Source: Octopus vulgaris (taxonomy: Eukaryota). Taken from it: a stretch of DNA of 64,000 nucleotides. Positions 14,293 to 26,095 of this stretch are shown one piece after another. The first letter of the stretch is position 1. The number at the start of each line of letters is the position of its first letter. Under the pieces are notes generated by a model. That model did no database searches and had not been told where the DNA came from. It saw nothing but the letters and a program-made list of their open reading frames with translations. The DNA lies in the NCBI GenBank assembly GCA_951406725.2, contig OX597834.1:43958001-44022000 (forward strand). Reading direction: 5' to 3'. A program made the translations under genes and the position numbers.

Positions 14293-14718
14293 ACTCTTTT
14301 ACTTGTTTCAGTCATTTGACTGTGGCCATGCTGGAGCTCCACCTTTAGTCGAGCAAATCGACCCCAGGATTTATTCTGTGCAAGCGTAGTACTTATTCTA
14401 TCTGTCTCTTTTGTCGAAATGCTAAGTTATGGGGACGTAAACAAACCAGCATTGGTTGTCAAGCAATGTTGGGGGCACAAACACAGACACACAAACATAA
14501 TCACACACACATACATTATATATATATATATATATATATATACATACATATATATGATAGGCTTCTTTCAGTTTCCGTCTACCGAATCCACTCACAAGGC
14601 TTTGGTCGGACCAAGGCTATAGTAGAATACACTTGCCCAAGGTGTCACGCAGTAGGAATGAACCCGGAACTATGTGATTCGTAAGCAAGCTACTTACCAC
14701 ACAGCTACTCCTACGCCT
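14293..14718 (-). mobile_element. tRNA-derived SINE family A, full length
   Basis: Match to other family A copies from tail to head. Confidence 0.9.
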
Positions 14719-14892
14719 ATGAAAGTCATCAAATTTCCTTCAACGAACAATGTATGGCACATTAAAAAAATATAGTCCAAGATACACAATGTCTGAATAG
14801 AAGATGGAATGGTAACGGCTATAACGGCTTTGAATATTGGTCAGTTGGCTCAAGAGAGACCATCAACAAAAACATAAGTTCTTCTAAGCAGT

Positions 14893-15183
14893 TATTGTTT
14901 GTTGTATGTTCCTTCTCAAGCCACACCTGCCTCATAAGGGCCAGTTTCCCGGTTTCCTTGGCGTATAGGTTCCACACCTGTACGGTACGCTGGTCTGTCG
15001 CAGGTGAGCTGCAAGATGCAATGGGAAAGAATGAGAGAAAGTTGTGGCGAAAGAGTCAGCAGAAGTTTGCCAGAGCCGCGTGGGGCTCAGGTGTTTTCGC
15101 TCATAAACACACACATCGCCCGGTCTGAGATTCGAACCCGCGATCCCTTGACCGCTACTCTAACCACTAGGCCATGTGCCTCC
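14893..15183 (-). mobile_element. tRNA-derived SINE family D
   Basis: Reverse complement of 11818-12103; A box tggcctagtgg, B box ggttcgaatct. Confidence 0.85.
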
Positions 15184-15596
15184 ACAAGCAGTTGTACAAT
15201 CAACTAAAAATAGCAACCAAATTTCAACATCTGTTAAGCCTTTCTTTCTCCTGCTGACCCAATAAAATATATACCAGTAATATACTGGTAAATTATTGAT
15301 CTAATTTCTGAAATAAGCTGAGTAAAGATTGATGGTGGTGGGGGGGGTAAGTTAGATGAAACTTGTTTATTGGAAAATTAACGACTGATTAATTGTCAAG
15401 CTGCTATATTAATTAGTGTTCCATATTAATTAGCGTTCTTGTGTTAGCTGTAACATTTTATAGGTAGTGAATAGGCAGGGGTCATTAGAGAATACAATGA
15501 ACTGCCAGTGGGTTTGTTCCAGTTCAGTGGGTTCTGGGTTCAAATCATGCTGAGGTTAATTTTGTCTTTCATCTTTCCAGGGTGAATGAAATATCA

Positions 15597-15950
15597 AGTG
15601 CAGGAGTGGCTGTGTGGTAAGAAGCCTGCTTCCCAACCTCATGGTTCTGGGTTCAGTCCCACTGCATGGCACCCTTGGCACCAAAGCCTTGCAAGTGCAT
15701 TTGGTTGACAGAAACTGAAAGAAGCCTGTTGTGTATGTATATACATGTGTGTGTGTGTGTGTTTGTCCATCACTATTGCTTCACAACTGGTGTTGGTGTG
15801 TTTACATCCCCATAACTTAGCAGTTCAGCAAAAGAGAATAAGCACCAGGCTTAAAAAAATAAAAGTACTGGAGTTTAACTCATTCAATTACAAAACATTT
15901 CTCAAAGCAGTGCCCCAGCATGACCACAGTTTAATGACCGAAACAAATAA
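15597..15950 (+). mobile_element. SINE family A, diverged
   Basis: Head gtgcaggagtggctgtgtggtaag, tail atgaccgaaacaaataaaa. Confidence 0.8.
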
Positions 15951-16344
15951 AAAAAAAGGGTGGTGGTGGTGGAGGGGCGAGGGTGGATGGGTGGATTTGT
16001 TAGAACTTTATGGTATTTATTCCAACAATTTCAGTTCTGAGATTTTGAGTCCCAGACTTAAACCATTTTGTTAGTACATTTCTTTGCTAACGTTTCAATT
16101 AGTTTTGAAAAAAAAATGAAGTAATTAGTAAAATAATTTTGTAATAATTATTAAGTTGATGTTTCAAAATAAATCGATGGAAAATTTAAATTTAAGTCAC
16201 TTCAAAACATGAAATTTGTATCATAGAACCAGGGTGGAAGTTGGGTGGGTAGGTGGGGTGGTTTCAGGCGGGATGGTCTCAAAAGGGTTGATCTGTAGCT
16301 TGGTTTACAGTGGTTCTTAAATACGGTCCAGATGGCCCTTTGAG

Positions 16345-16535
16345 GAAAGAGGGCCTAGAGAATTGTGATGAGCGGAAAGGTTGAAGGAAAAAAGAAGCAG
16401 ATGAAGGAGACGGATGCTATGGATGTTGAGCTTGATGAAAAGGTCAGAAGAAAGAGGCATTAAAGAACGGGAAGTGGAATTGTTACAGAAAACGAAGAAC
16501 AAGAATTGTAGCAGGATATGATTAACCTATGTCCT
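16345..16535 (+). mobile_element. RTE/BovB-type LINE, decayed 3' end of ORF
   Basis: With a frameshift it reads VMSGKVEGKRSR*RRRMLWMLSL...EVELLQKTKN, matching the RTE C-terminal GKIEGKRxRGRxR motif. Confidence 0.65.
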
Positions 16536-16810
16536 ACAATCTGGAAGTAGTATCTACAAGAAACGCAGGTAAATTAAGGCATCGAGCTGGCAAAATCGTT
16601 AGCACACCGGGTAAAATTCCTAGTGGTATTTCGATGTCTTTACGTTCTGAGTTCAAATTCCGCAGATTAACCTATGTCCTACAATCTGGAAGTAGTATCT
16701 ACAAGAAATACAGGTAAATTAAGGCATCGAGCTGGCAAAATCGTTAGCACACCGGGTAAAATTCCTAGCGGTATTTCAATGTCTTTACGTTCTGAGTTCA
16801 AATTCCGCAG
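16521..16810. repeat. Direct tandem duplication, 2 x 145 bp
   Basis: 16521-16665 is repeated at 16666-16810 with 4 substitutions. Confidence 0.95.
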
Positions 16811-17259
16811 CGGTTGACTTTGCCTTTCATCCTCTGGTCAGCCCGAGGTTATAGCAGAAGACACTTGCCCAAGGTGCCATGCAGTGGGACTGAACCCAGA
16901 ACCATGTGGATGGTAAGCAAGCTACTTACCACTCAGCCACTCCTACACCTAAGGCATGATTAGTTTTGAAACAATACAAACAAACAAACAAACATCACAG
17001 AATAATCTGAATTCAAAAGGGTTAAATCCTAATCTGTAATCCTTTTACCTGAAGCTTAAACAGGTATAAACATGCAGGTATATTCATGCCGGAGTATTCT
17101 AGAAATTGTAATCTCAACATGTTGCACAGGAAAGAATTTGTGATCCCTGTGTAGTATCATACGAACCCCTATTCTTTCACAGAAAATGGGACTACCAGGA
17201 ATGATGTGAAGGTAAAAAAAAAAGGTAGTTCGTTAAGTGAAGCAATTTACCTTATTTTA

Positions 17260-17630
17260 TCTTTTACACGATTCAGTCAATAGTCCGTGGCCATACTGGG
17301 GCACTGCCTTGAAGAAATTTTAGTTGAATGAACCAATTCCAGTACTTATTTTCCGTTTTTTTTTCTTGGTACTTCTACTGATCTGTCTCTGTTGCTGAAC
17401 TGCTAAGTTTCAGGGGCATAAACACACCAACACTGGTTGTCAAGTGGTAGCGACACACACACACACGATTGGCTCTATTTCAGTTTGCGTCAACCAAATC
17501 CATTCAGAGGGCTTTGATCAGCCTAAGGCTTCAATAGAGGACACTTGCTCAAGGTGCTGTAAAGTGGGATTGAAACCGGGACCATGTGGTTGGAAAGAAA
17601 GCTTCTTAACACACGCCCATGTCTGTGCCT
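17260..17630 (-). mobile_element. SINE family A, old diverged copy
   Basis: Degenerate match to family A along its length. Confidence 0.7.
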
Positions 17631-18673
17631 GGATTTAGACTGATCTTTGCTAGAGATGAAACCCTTCCTTAACCCCACAAATTGTTAATTCCTCAACAAA
17701 TCGTCAATTACTCTATAAAGTAGGGATACTCCATCAGTTCTTGGTCTGTTCTTTTACTCACAGAAACCAAATATTTAATATTAAAGGCTGGGTCAAACAC
17801 ATGCCTCTGTCAGTTGGTACTTCTCCCTCCCACACAATCAAAGACATTCCTACCTTGATCACCCAGTTTGTTTTTCTTTTCAGCAGTAAACTGTGTCACC
17901 TAATCTGTCCTTCGTTTTCTAACCCTCCTGTTACCATATTTCTGTCAAAATGTACTACATTTGTTAAAGAACTTTCAAAAGTAATGAAGAATTTATCAAA
18001 ATAACTGTACCATAATTAAGCAGTTATCTGCAACACAAATCAGCCTGAAATTTTGAGGGATTGTTTGAATTTAGATAATTTTAAAACTGGAAGATTGTAA
18101 GCATAGAGCCAGAAGTGGTTTCAGGTACATCATCATCATTTAATGTCCGCTTTCCATGCTAGCATGGGCTGGATGATTTGATCGAGGTCTGGCAAACCAG
18201 ACTCCAATCTGATCTGGCAGAGTTTCTACAGCCGGATGCCCTTCTTAATGCCAACCACTCCAAGAGTGTAGCAGGTGCTTTTGCATGCCACCGACACGAG
18301 GGCCAGTTTGGTGGTAATGGCAACGGCCACGCTCAAATGGTGCCTTTTATGTACCACCTGCACAGGAGCCAGTCCAGCGGCACTGGCAATGACCTCGCTC
18401 AAATGTCTTTTTTTTTTAGTATAAAAAAGATTAAGACAGTAGACTATAATTTGATGCAAATTTGCTTGCTATTTCTAGCAGACATAGCAACTATGAAGAG
18501 ACTCTTTCAATTGTTTATGATTAACCAAGGACTGGGGAAACATTTGATCTAAAATACAGCACAGAGCCACAGATTTCAAGATGAAAGGCTTAAGACCTTA
18601 TTTAGATAACGACAATTTCTCCAAAAGGAATGTACTCTGAGTAAATCATGAATTTTGATGAAAGACAGTGAAG

Positions 18674-19008
18674 AGGCATGGCTCAGTGGTTAGAGCATCA
18701 AGCTACCAATCATGAAGTTGCAAGTTCAATTCCTGGAATGGGCTGTGTGTTGTGTTCTTGAGTAAGACACTTCATTTCACATTGCACCAGTTCACTCGGC
18801 TGTAGAAATGAGTTGTGACAGCACTGGTGCCAAGCAGTATCGGCCCCTTTGCCTTTCCCTTGGATAAGATCAGTGGCATGGAGAGCAGGGGCTGGTATGC
18901 CAAGGTGACCGCTGGTCTTCCATAGACAACTTTGCTCGGACTTGTGCTTTGGAGGGGAGCTTCCTAGGACCAATGTCATGGTCACTCACAACCGAAGGGG
19001 GTCTTTAC
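18674..19008 (+). mobile_element. tRNA-derived SINE family C, full length
   Basis: Head ggcatggctcagtggttagagc, end gaagggggtctttacc; colinear with 63638-63972. Confidence 0.85.
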
Positions 19009-20197
19009 CATTTTAGACTAAAGACAAGTCATGCAGGTATGAGGTGGACTTGCAGCTTTGCCCCTGCCATGCCATGTTCAAACTCAGAGAGCAACAACAA
19101 CTTTTCTACATATCCCACATCTTCTGAACAAGTTTATGAAAATAGCATCAATCAATATTTATCTGATGCAAGTGAGATAATTAGAATCTTAATTACTTCT
19201 CTAAGAAGATTTTTGCTTTCCTTTTTTTTTCTTTTTTTGGTTTAATAAGTTAATCAGAAGATGAGAGGAGGTGCCTATAACCAGCAGACACTTCCAAATT
19301 GGAGAGATTAATACTGATGCTTCTGTCCTAAACAACACTCATCAATGTCTACTTGAAAGAAAAATGATGAGAGAGAAAGAGGGAGAGAGAGAGAGAGAGA
19401 GAGAGAAAGAATACTTGTAAAACAGAGAACTTTTCTAAAGACATCCAAGGGACCAAGGGGGCATGTTGTTTAAACCCTTTAGCATTTAGACAAGCCATAT
19501 CCAGCCAAAATATTCTACCAGCCTTCATCATCATCATCATCATTTAATGTCCGTTTTCCATGCTAGCATGGGTTGGACGATTTTGACTGAGGACTGGCGA
19601 ACCAGATGGCTGCACCAGGCTCCGATCTTGATCTGGCAGAGTTTCTAGAGCTGGATGCCCTTCCTTACGTCAACCACTCCGAGAGTGTAGCGGGTGCTTT
19701 TTACGTGCCACTGGCATGAGGGCCAGTCAGGCAGTACTGGCAACGGCCACACTCAAATAGTGTTTTTTACATGCCACCTGCACAGGAGCCTGTCCAGCGG
19801 CACTGGCAACGACCTTGCTCGAATGTTTTTTCACGTGCCACCAGCATGGAGACCAGCTTGTTGCTCTGGCAACGATCACGCTCATATCAATCACCATTAT
19901 ATTATTATAACTGGCCAGATATGCTCCCTCGCAACAACTCTACAATATCGTTCTAAAAACTAACAGTAACCTCATAAAAATCTGAAAGCTACAAGATGAT
20001 GCATGGTTAATTCAAAGCAAGGTGAATAAATAAGCATTACACCTGAATGCTAAAGCACCTAAACTGGACATACCTGGCTAAAATATTCTACCTGTTTTAC
20101 GTTCAAACAGACCAGATCTGACCTTTCACACCTACCCTACAATATCGTTCTGAAAATCAGCAGTTACTTCATAAAAATCTCAAAGCTATAAGATAAT

Positions 20198-20487
20198 ACA
20201 GTTCTATATTTAAGAGATGAAGAATTATTTACATTTGACAGATATTTGTCCTCATCTTGTTTGTTGTTAACACAACGTTTTGGCTGATATACTCTTCAGC
20301 CTTTGTCAGGTGTGTTGGGGAAATTTCGAACTTGGGTTCTCATTCCTAAGGTATTTTTTGATGCTATTATTATTATTATTATTATTATTCAGGTCACTGC
20401 CTGGAATCGAACTCGGAATCTTGGAGTTAGTAGCCCATGCTCTTAACCACTACGCCATATGCTCACGGGCATATGGCGTAGTGGTTC
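20198..20487 (-). mobile_element. tRNA-headed retroelement with a decayed minimal hammerhead ribozyme and an inverted head duplication
   Basis: Minus strand: A box TGGCGTAGTGG, B box GTTCGATTCC, (AAT)n, hammerhead-like motif, tail. Flanked by a 7-bp direct repeat AGATAAT (20191-20197, 20488-20494) inside a family G MITE. A tail fragment recurs at 8944-8995 (+). Confidence 0.7.
20270..20313 (-). ncRNA. Degenerate type I minimal hammerhead ribozyme (Penelope-type)
   Basis: ACAC-CUGACAA-a-GGCUGA(agaguaua)UCAGCC-AAAA-CG-UU-GUGU. Helices I and II and the palindromic AACGUU helix III are intact; core G8 and G12 are both A, each at an inferred ancestral CpG. Confidence 0.6.
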
Positions 20488-22057
20488 AGATAATGACCGA
20501 TTAGTTCAAAACAATGTGGATAAATAAGGATCAAATTTGACAAAATTATTTGAATATTAAAGGATTAAACTGGCCATGTCAGGCCTGAATATTCTACTTG
20601 TCTCAATGCTTGACCCATCCAGATCCAGACCCTCACTGCTGCCTTAACATATCATTCTAAAAATGAATAGTCACAACATGGAAATCTCAAAGCTGTGCGA
20701 TAAAGCACGATTAATCCAAAACAAGGTGCATAAATAAGCGTAACATTTCACAGAAGGTTAAGGTTTAATCCGGTTCCTGAGGGTAGCATTAAGAAGAAAC
20801 TAAAGCTGTGATGTGAATTCTTGCACCTAAGGATACTATGACCAAGGCACCCAAACACTAGGGTGAGGGGTTAAATAGATTAAAAGATTAACTCTATCAT
20901 TTAAGAATAGTTAGAGTCCCTCCAATGGATTTGATTTTATTCAAGGGCTTTGGTTGACCTGGGGCCATTTTAAAAGAGAACATATCCCAAAATATTGTGC
21001 AGTGCGATTGAAGCTGAAGCCACAAGATCATAACAAGAAGTTCTTATCCATGGAGCTATGTTACTAACATATATGAATATGTGATTGGCAAGACAGGTTG
21101 CCTACGCTCGAGTGTCCCAGCCCCAAATTAGGACCTTAAGGCTTAACACTTCTCACGTCAACCATCATAGCTTCGCTTCCTGGCTTTATAGGTTGTCGTC
21201 GTTTTAGCGTGAGGTGCTGCAATGCAAAGATGCAAATAACTGCAAAAGTTGGTTAATGAGATGCAGCAGAGAATGTATTGGCAGAGGAACGGTGGAACGG
21301 CGGAATGGTGAAGGGGAGGCGAAGAGTGGGAGGTTAGGAGGGGGGTGCGTGATGCGGGTGGGGGGTTGGGTGCTAGGGAAGCACGAAGCAATAATAGCGG
21401 TGCACTTAGTGAAGATAAACTAAAATAGCAAATAGTGTAAAAGCTAAATCTATCATCAGTAAAAGAAGAACAACAAGAAGAACAGCAACAAACGGCTGTT
21501 AGTAAGTAACATTATGGAGAATCTACCATTTGTGGAAATTACCAATTTCTGTCTCCCCCCCACCACACACACTCACACAGATACAGATACACACACACAA
21601 ACAGTCAGTCAGTCACACCCATGGAGAGAAAGGGAGAGAGAGAGAGAGAGAAAATATAGTGAGAAGCGAAATGCGTGAAAGTAGATAGTAGAAAGAGAGA
21701 AAGTGACAGAGCTGGGAGAGAGATGAAACAGATGAGAGAGAGAGAGAGAGAGAGAGAGAGTGAGTGAAAAAGATTGACAGGAAGCGATAGAGGGAGGGTG
21801 GGAGAAGGAAAAGAGAGAAATTGTAGTGAAACAAGGAGAGAGAGAGAGAGGTGGGGTGGATAGAGAATAAAGAGAAAATGGTGTGACACACACACACACA
21901 CATACATACAGGAGAAAAGGGAAAGAAGGAAATTATAGAAATGAGGGGGGAGAGGGATGCGGAGGGAAAGGGGTTGGAACAATATCATTAACCTGTCAAC
22001 AGAGTTCAAATAAAAATGAATGACGACAACAACAACAACAACAACATTATCGTCGTC

Positions 22058-22088
<31 letters not shown>

Positions 22089-23149
22089 TTAACAACAACA
22101 GCAATGTCAACAATGACCAGTAAAATAAAAGGAAAGAAGTCCACTGCAAGAATATTCCATTAGCAAATGGTGCCAGTTCTGCTAATGGCATCGCTCATGT
22201 CAGTCGCTGTCTCCGCTAAACCCAGATAATAGTGCAGTGCTTTTATATATGCACACATACATACATATATATATATACACACAAACATACGCAAGAAACT
22301 ATACACTTAACATACATACATAGACCCACCCAGATGCATTTACATATACATATATAAGTATGTATAAAATTTGTGTATATATATATATATATATAAATAT
22401 ATGTATGTGTGTGTAGGTATATTACTCACACACATTACCACGTGTGTAAGTGTTTGTAAGTTAAGAAACAACGTGGCAAGCCTATGTTATACGCACACAC
22501 ACACAATATATATATGTGGATAGATGGATATGAAAATGGGAGAGAGAAAGGTATACAACATACTGTGCTGCAAATATGTGTGTGTGTATGAGAGTGTGTG
22601 TGTGTGTGTATAGTGTATATATGAGTGTGTATGTATACACACGTGTATATATATATATATATATACTTAGAAACTAAGCCGAGATGCACACATACAAATC
22701 ATATAAATGAGAAAGGAATAGAGAGGGGACTAAAGAGATGACTTCAGTGACTGTTCTAGAGAACCGCAGACACACAGACACACACACACATGGAATGGAC
22801 CACTCTTCAAAATGGTAGAAAGATGCGTCAATCTGCAAGCTTTTAACAGCTGCGGATTTATTTGGCTTTGTTATGTATTAAAGGTTTATGTTTGGGTGAT
22901 GGTTTCTCTTGTTTAAGCCATCATCATCATCGTCACCATTATCATCATTAACACCTCCGACGCCGTTGCCGTCACTATCCGCAACACCACCTCCAGTTTC
23001 ATCATCGCCACACCACCTTCAACACCATCACTTCATAACAACACCTCCATCATCATCATCATCATCATTACTCCACCTCCAACACCATCACAGTCACCAA
23101 AAATATCCCCATTATCATTATTATTGTAATCATTCTAATTAAAGCTGCA

Positions 23150-23350
23150 AGATGGCAGAATCATTAGCAATGCCGGACAAAATGCTTAGCAGTATTTTTT
23201 TTTCCATCTTTACATTCTGAGTTCAAATTCCTCTGCAGTCACCTTTGCTTCCATCCTTTCAGGGTCGATAAAATAAGTACCAGCTGAGCTCTAGGGTCAA
23301 TGTAATCCACTTATGCCCTGCACAGAAGTTACTGGCCTGGTGCCAAAATT
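23150..23350 (+). mobile_element. SINE family B, diverged
   Basis: ttctgagttcaaattcc...tttgcttccatcctttcagggtcgataaaataagtacc. Confidence 0.75.
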
Positions 23351-23494
23351 TGAAACTGTTACTATTATTATTATTGTGTGTGTGAGTAGTGGGGGGCAGC
23401 TTATAGTACAAACTTAAAAACACAGTATACCTACTATACACACACACACACAGGTATACACAAAATTTGCGAGTGAACGTATGAGCGTTCTTTT

Positions 23495-23890
23495 ATTCTT
23501 TTACTTGTTTCAGTCATCTGACTGCGGCCATGCTGGAGTACTGCCTTTAAGGGCTTTCTTCTAGTTGAAGAAACTGACCCTAGGACTTATTCCTTTTGTA
23601 AGTCTAGTACTTATTCTGCAGGTAACTTTTGCTGAACTGGTAAGTTACAGGGACATAAACATACCAACACAGGTTGTCGAACGATGGTGCAGGGGCGAAC
23701 ATAAACACACAAATATATATATATATATTATAGGCTTCTTTCAGTTTCCATCTACCAAAATCCGCTCACAAGGCTTTGGTCAGCCCAAGACTATAAAAGA
23801 AGACACTTGCCCAAGTGCCATGCAGTGGGACTGAACTTGGAACCATGTGATGGGGAAGCAATCATCTTAGCATACAGCTACGCCTATGCC
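23495..23890 (-). mobile_element. SINE family A
   Basis: Match to family A from tail to head. Confidence 0.8.
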
Positions 23891-24656
23891 TGTCAACATG
23901 AGTATCCTTATAAAGAAAGGAAACAAAAGCCTAATGGTAATTGATAGCAACCCTCAAGTGGTTTTCTTTTAGTTTTTGCCTACTGGATTTACTCACAAGA
24001 CTTTGGTTGGCAAGGGGGCATGCTGTGGGACTGAACCTAGAACCATGTGGTTGAGGGACAATTTTGTCACCACACAGCCATGTCTGCACCTATAATTGGA
24101 TAATTTCAGGAAGTTAATACATTATATACATACACACACAGACACATAGAGGGAAAACCATACATTACATCCATCCATCCGCATGTGTGCATATGTGTGT
24201 GTGCGTGGCGTGTGTGTGTGTGTATGGTGTGTGCATGTAAATTTTACACAGTGAAGCTTAACTGCAGCCACAGGAAGACCGAAACAAAATGAACAGACGT
24301 TATTTCATGAAAGCTGCACCTATGGTGTAAAGAAATCCAAAAGACCTAGTTTTCAGCAATCTAACAAGTTAATATGAAACGATAGCCATAACACAGAGAG
24401 TATAAATACACACACAGACAGAGAAACACAGATAAGAAAAGGAAGGCCATAGGAGGTAGACACGGCATTAGTTAGAGCGAGGTTGAAGTTATCAGAAAGA
24501 ATTTTGGGCATGACCTCATTGCAGTGGCATTTCTCTACGGAAAAATGTCTGGTAAATTTTGATAAGGAGAGAATTTGTGTAAACTCTTCACCTCTGAATC
24601 TAAGTTGGTTTTTGAGTAAGAACAGAATCAAGTGGTGATGCCAGGGATGATGATGG

Positions 24657-24690
<34 letters not shown>

Positions 24691-24846
24691 GCGGATGATG
24701 GCGACGATCTCTATATTGGTTCAAGTCAATTGAATTAACCTTAATAAATAACTAATTAAGGATAAAAATTTATAAATGTTTAGATAATAAAGCGAACATG
24801 AGCTAACTATCTGTCTATCATTACTATCGTTAAAATATCTACTATC

Positions 24847-24884
<38 letters not shown>

Positions 24885-25258
24885 CATATGTGTATGCATA
24901 TGTGTATACATGTGTGTATATATGCATATATAATAATGCTAATAACAAATCCATGGATGGAATTAATAAATAACTTAATGCATTGCAACACAATATGGAA
25001 ATGCACCAAATGATGCATTAAGATATAAATTGCAGCCAGGGATTATTATTATTATTATTGTTATTATTATTATTACTATATTCATCCTCCATTATATTGA
25101 CACACTGCTGGGTGGTTGGTGTCAGGAAGGGCATCCAGCCGTAAAAACCATGCCAAAACAGACACAGAAGCCTGGTGCTGGCTCCTGCCTGGTCAGCTCC
25201 AGTCAAACCGTCCAACCCATGCCAGCAGAAAAGGTGGACGTTAAACGATGATAATGAT

Positions 25259-25297
<39 letters not shown>

Positions 25298-25437
25298 TGT
25301 AGGTAATATTAACTTTATCTGGTTGTAAAAGTTAAGAAAGCAGAACTGATGACATAAATAGAAACAACACATGCAAAAAACACAAAATCTTGAACATCTA
25401 CAATATATATGCATACATACATACATATATATATATG

Positions 25438-25470
<33 letters not shown>

Positions 25471-25782
25471 GTATATCAAAGCATCACAGTGAGAGAAAGA
25501 AAGAGAGCAAAGAAGAGAGAGGGAAAGATTGTAGGAGGAGAAGTGGGTGGTAAGGATGAAAGGAGTAAAAGAGAATGAAATAAAAAGGGGGGGGGGGCAG
25601 AGAGTAAAAAGGAAAGTCAAAGAGAATGAGAGGGAGGAGGTATAGAGATTGGAGTATAGAAGCAAGAGATGGAGAGATTGATGAAGAGGGAGGAGAGAAG
25701 AGAAGAGGAGAGGAGAGAAAGACAGAATGGAGTTGGGTTGTATTCTATTTAGAACAAACAAAACGTTTAATGTCTCTAGTTT

Positions 25783-25783
<1 letters not shown>

Positions 25784-25834
<51 letters not shown>

Positions 25835-26095
25835 AAGAGAGAGAGAGAAAGAAAGAAGGGAGGAAGTGAGAGAGAGAGGGAGAAGGGAGAAAGTGAGAGA
25901 GAGAGAGAAGGGAGAAAGTGAGAGAGAGAGAGAAAGAAAGAAGGGAGAAAGTGAGAGAGAGAGAGAAGAGAGAAAGTGAGAGAGAGAGAGAGAGAGAGAG
26001 AGAATAGGAGGAAGGAGAGAAAGAAAGAGAGAAGGGGAAGGATGGAAAAAAGAAAGGGAGAGAGAGAGAGGAGAAAAGAGAAAGGGTGAGAGAGA
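25784..26095. repeat. (GA)n-rich purine tract
   Basis: Direct inspection. Confidence 0.9.

Noticed and set aside
20390-20468. Genuine tRNA gene
   Set aside because: A and B boxes are present but there is no convincing acceptor or anticodon stem, and it sits in a TSD-flanked repeat. The other tRNA-like heads are likewise SINE heads.
22157-22188. ccattagca...tgctaatgg hairpin as a pre-miRNA
   Set aside because: Only a 9-bp stem, too short for a pre-miRNA.
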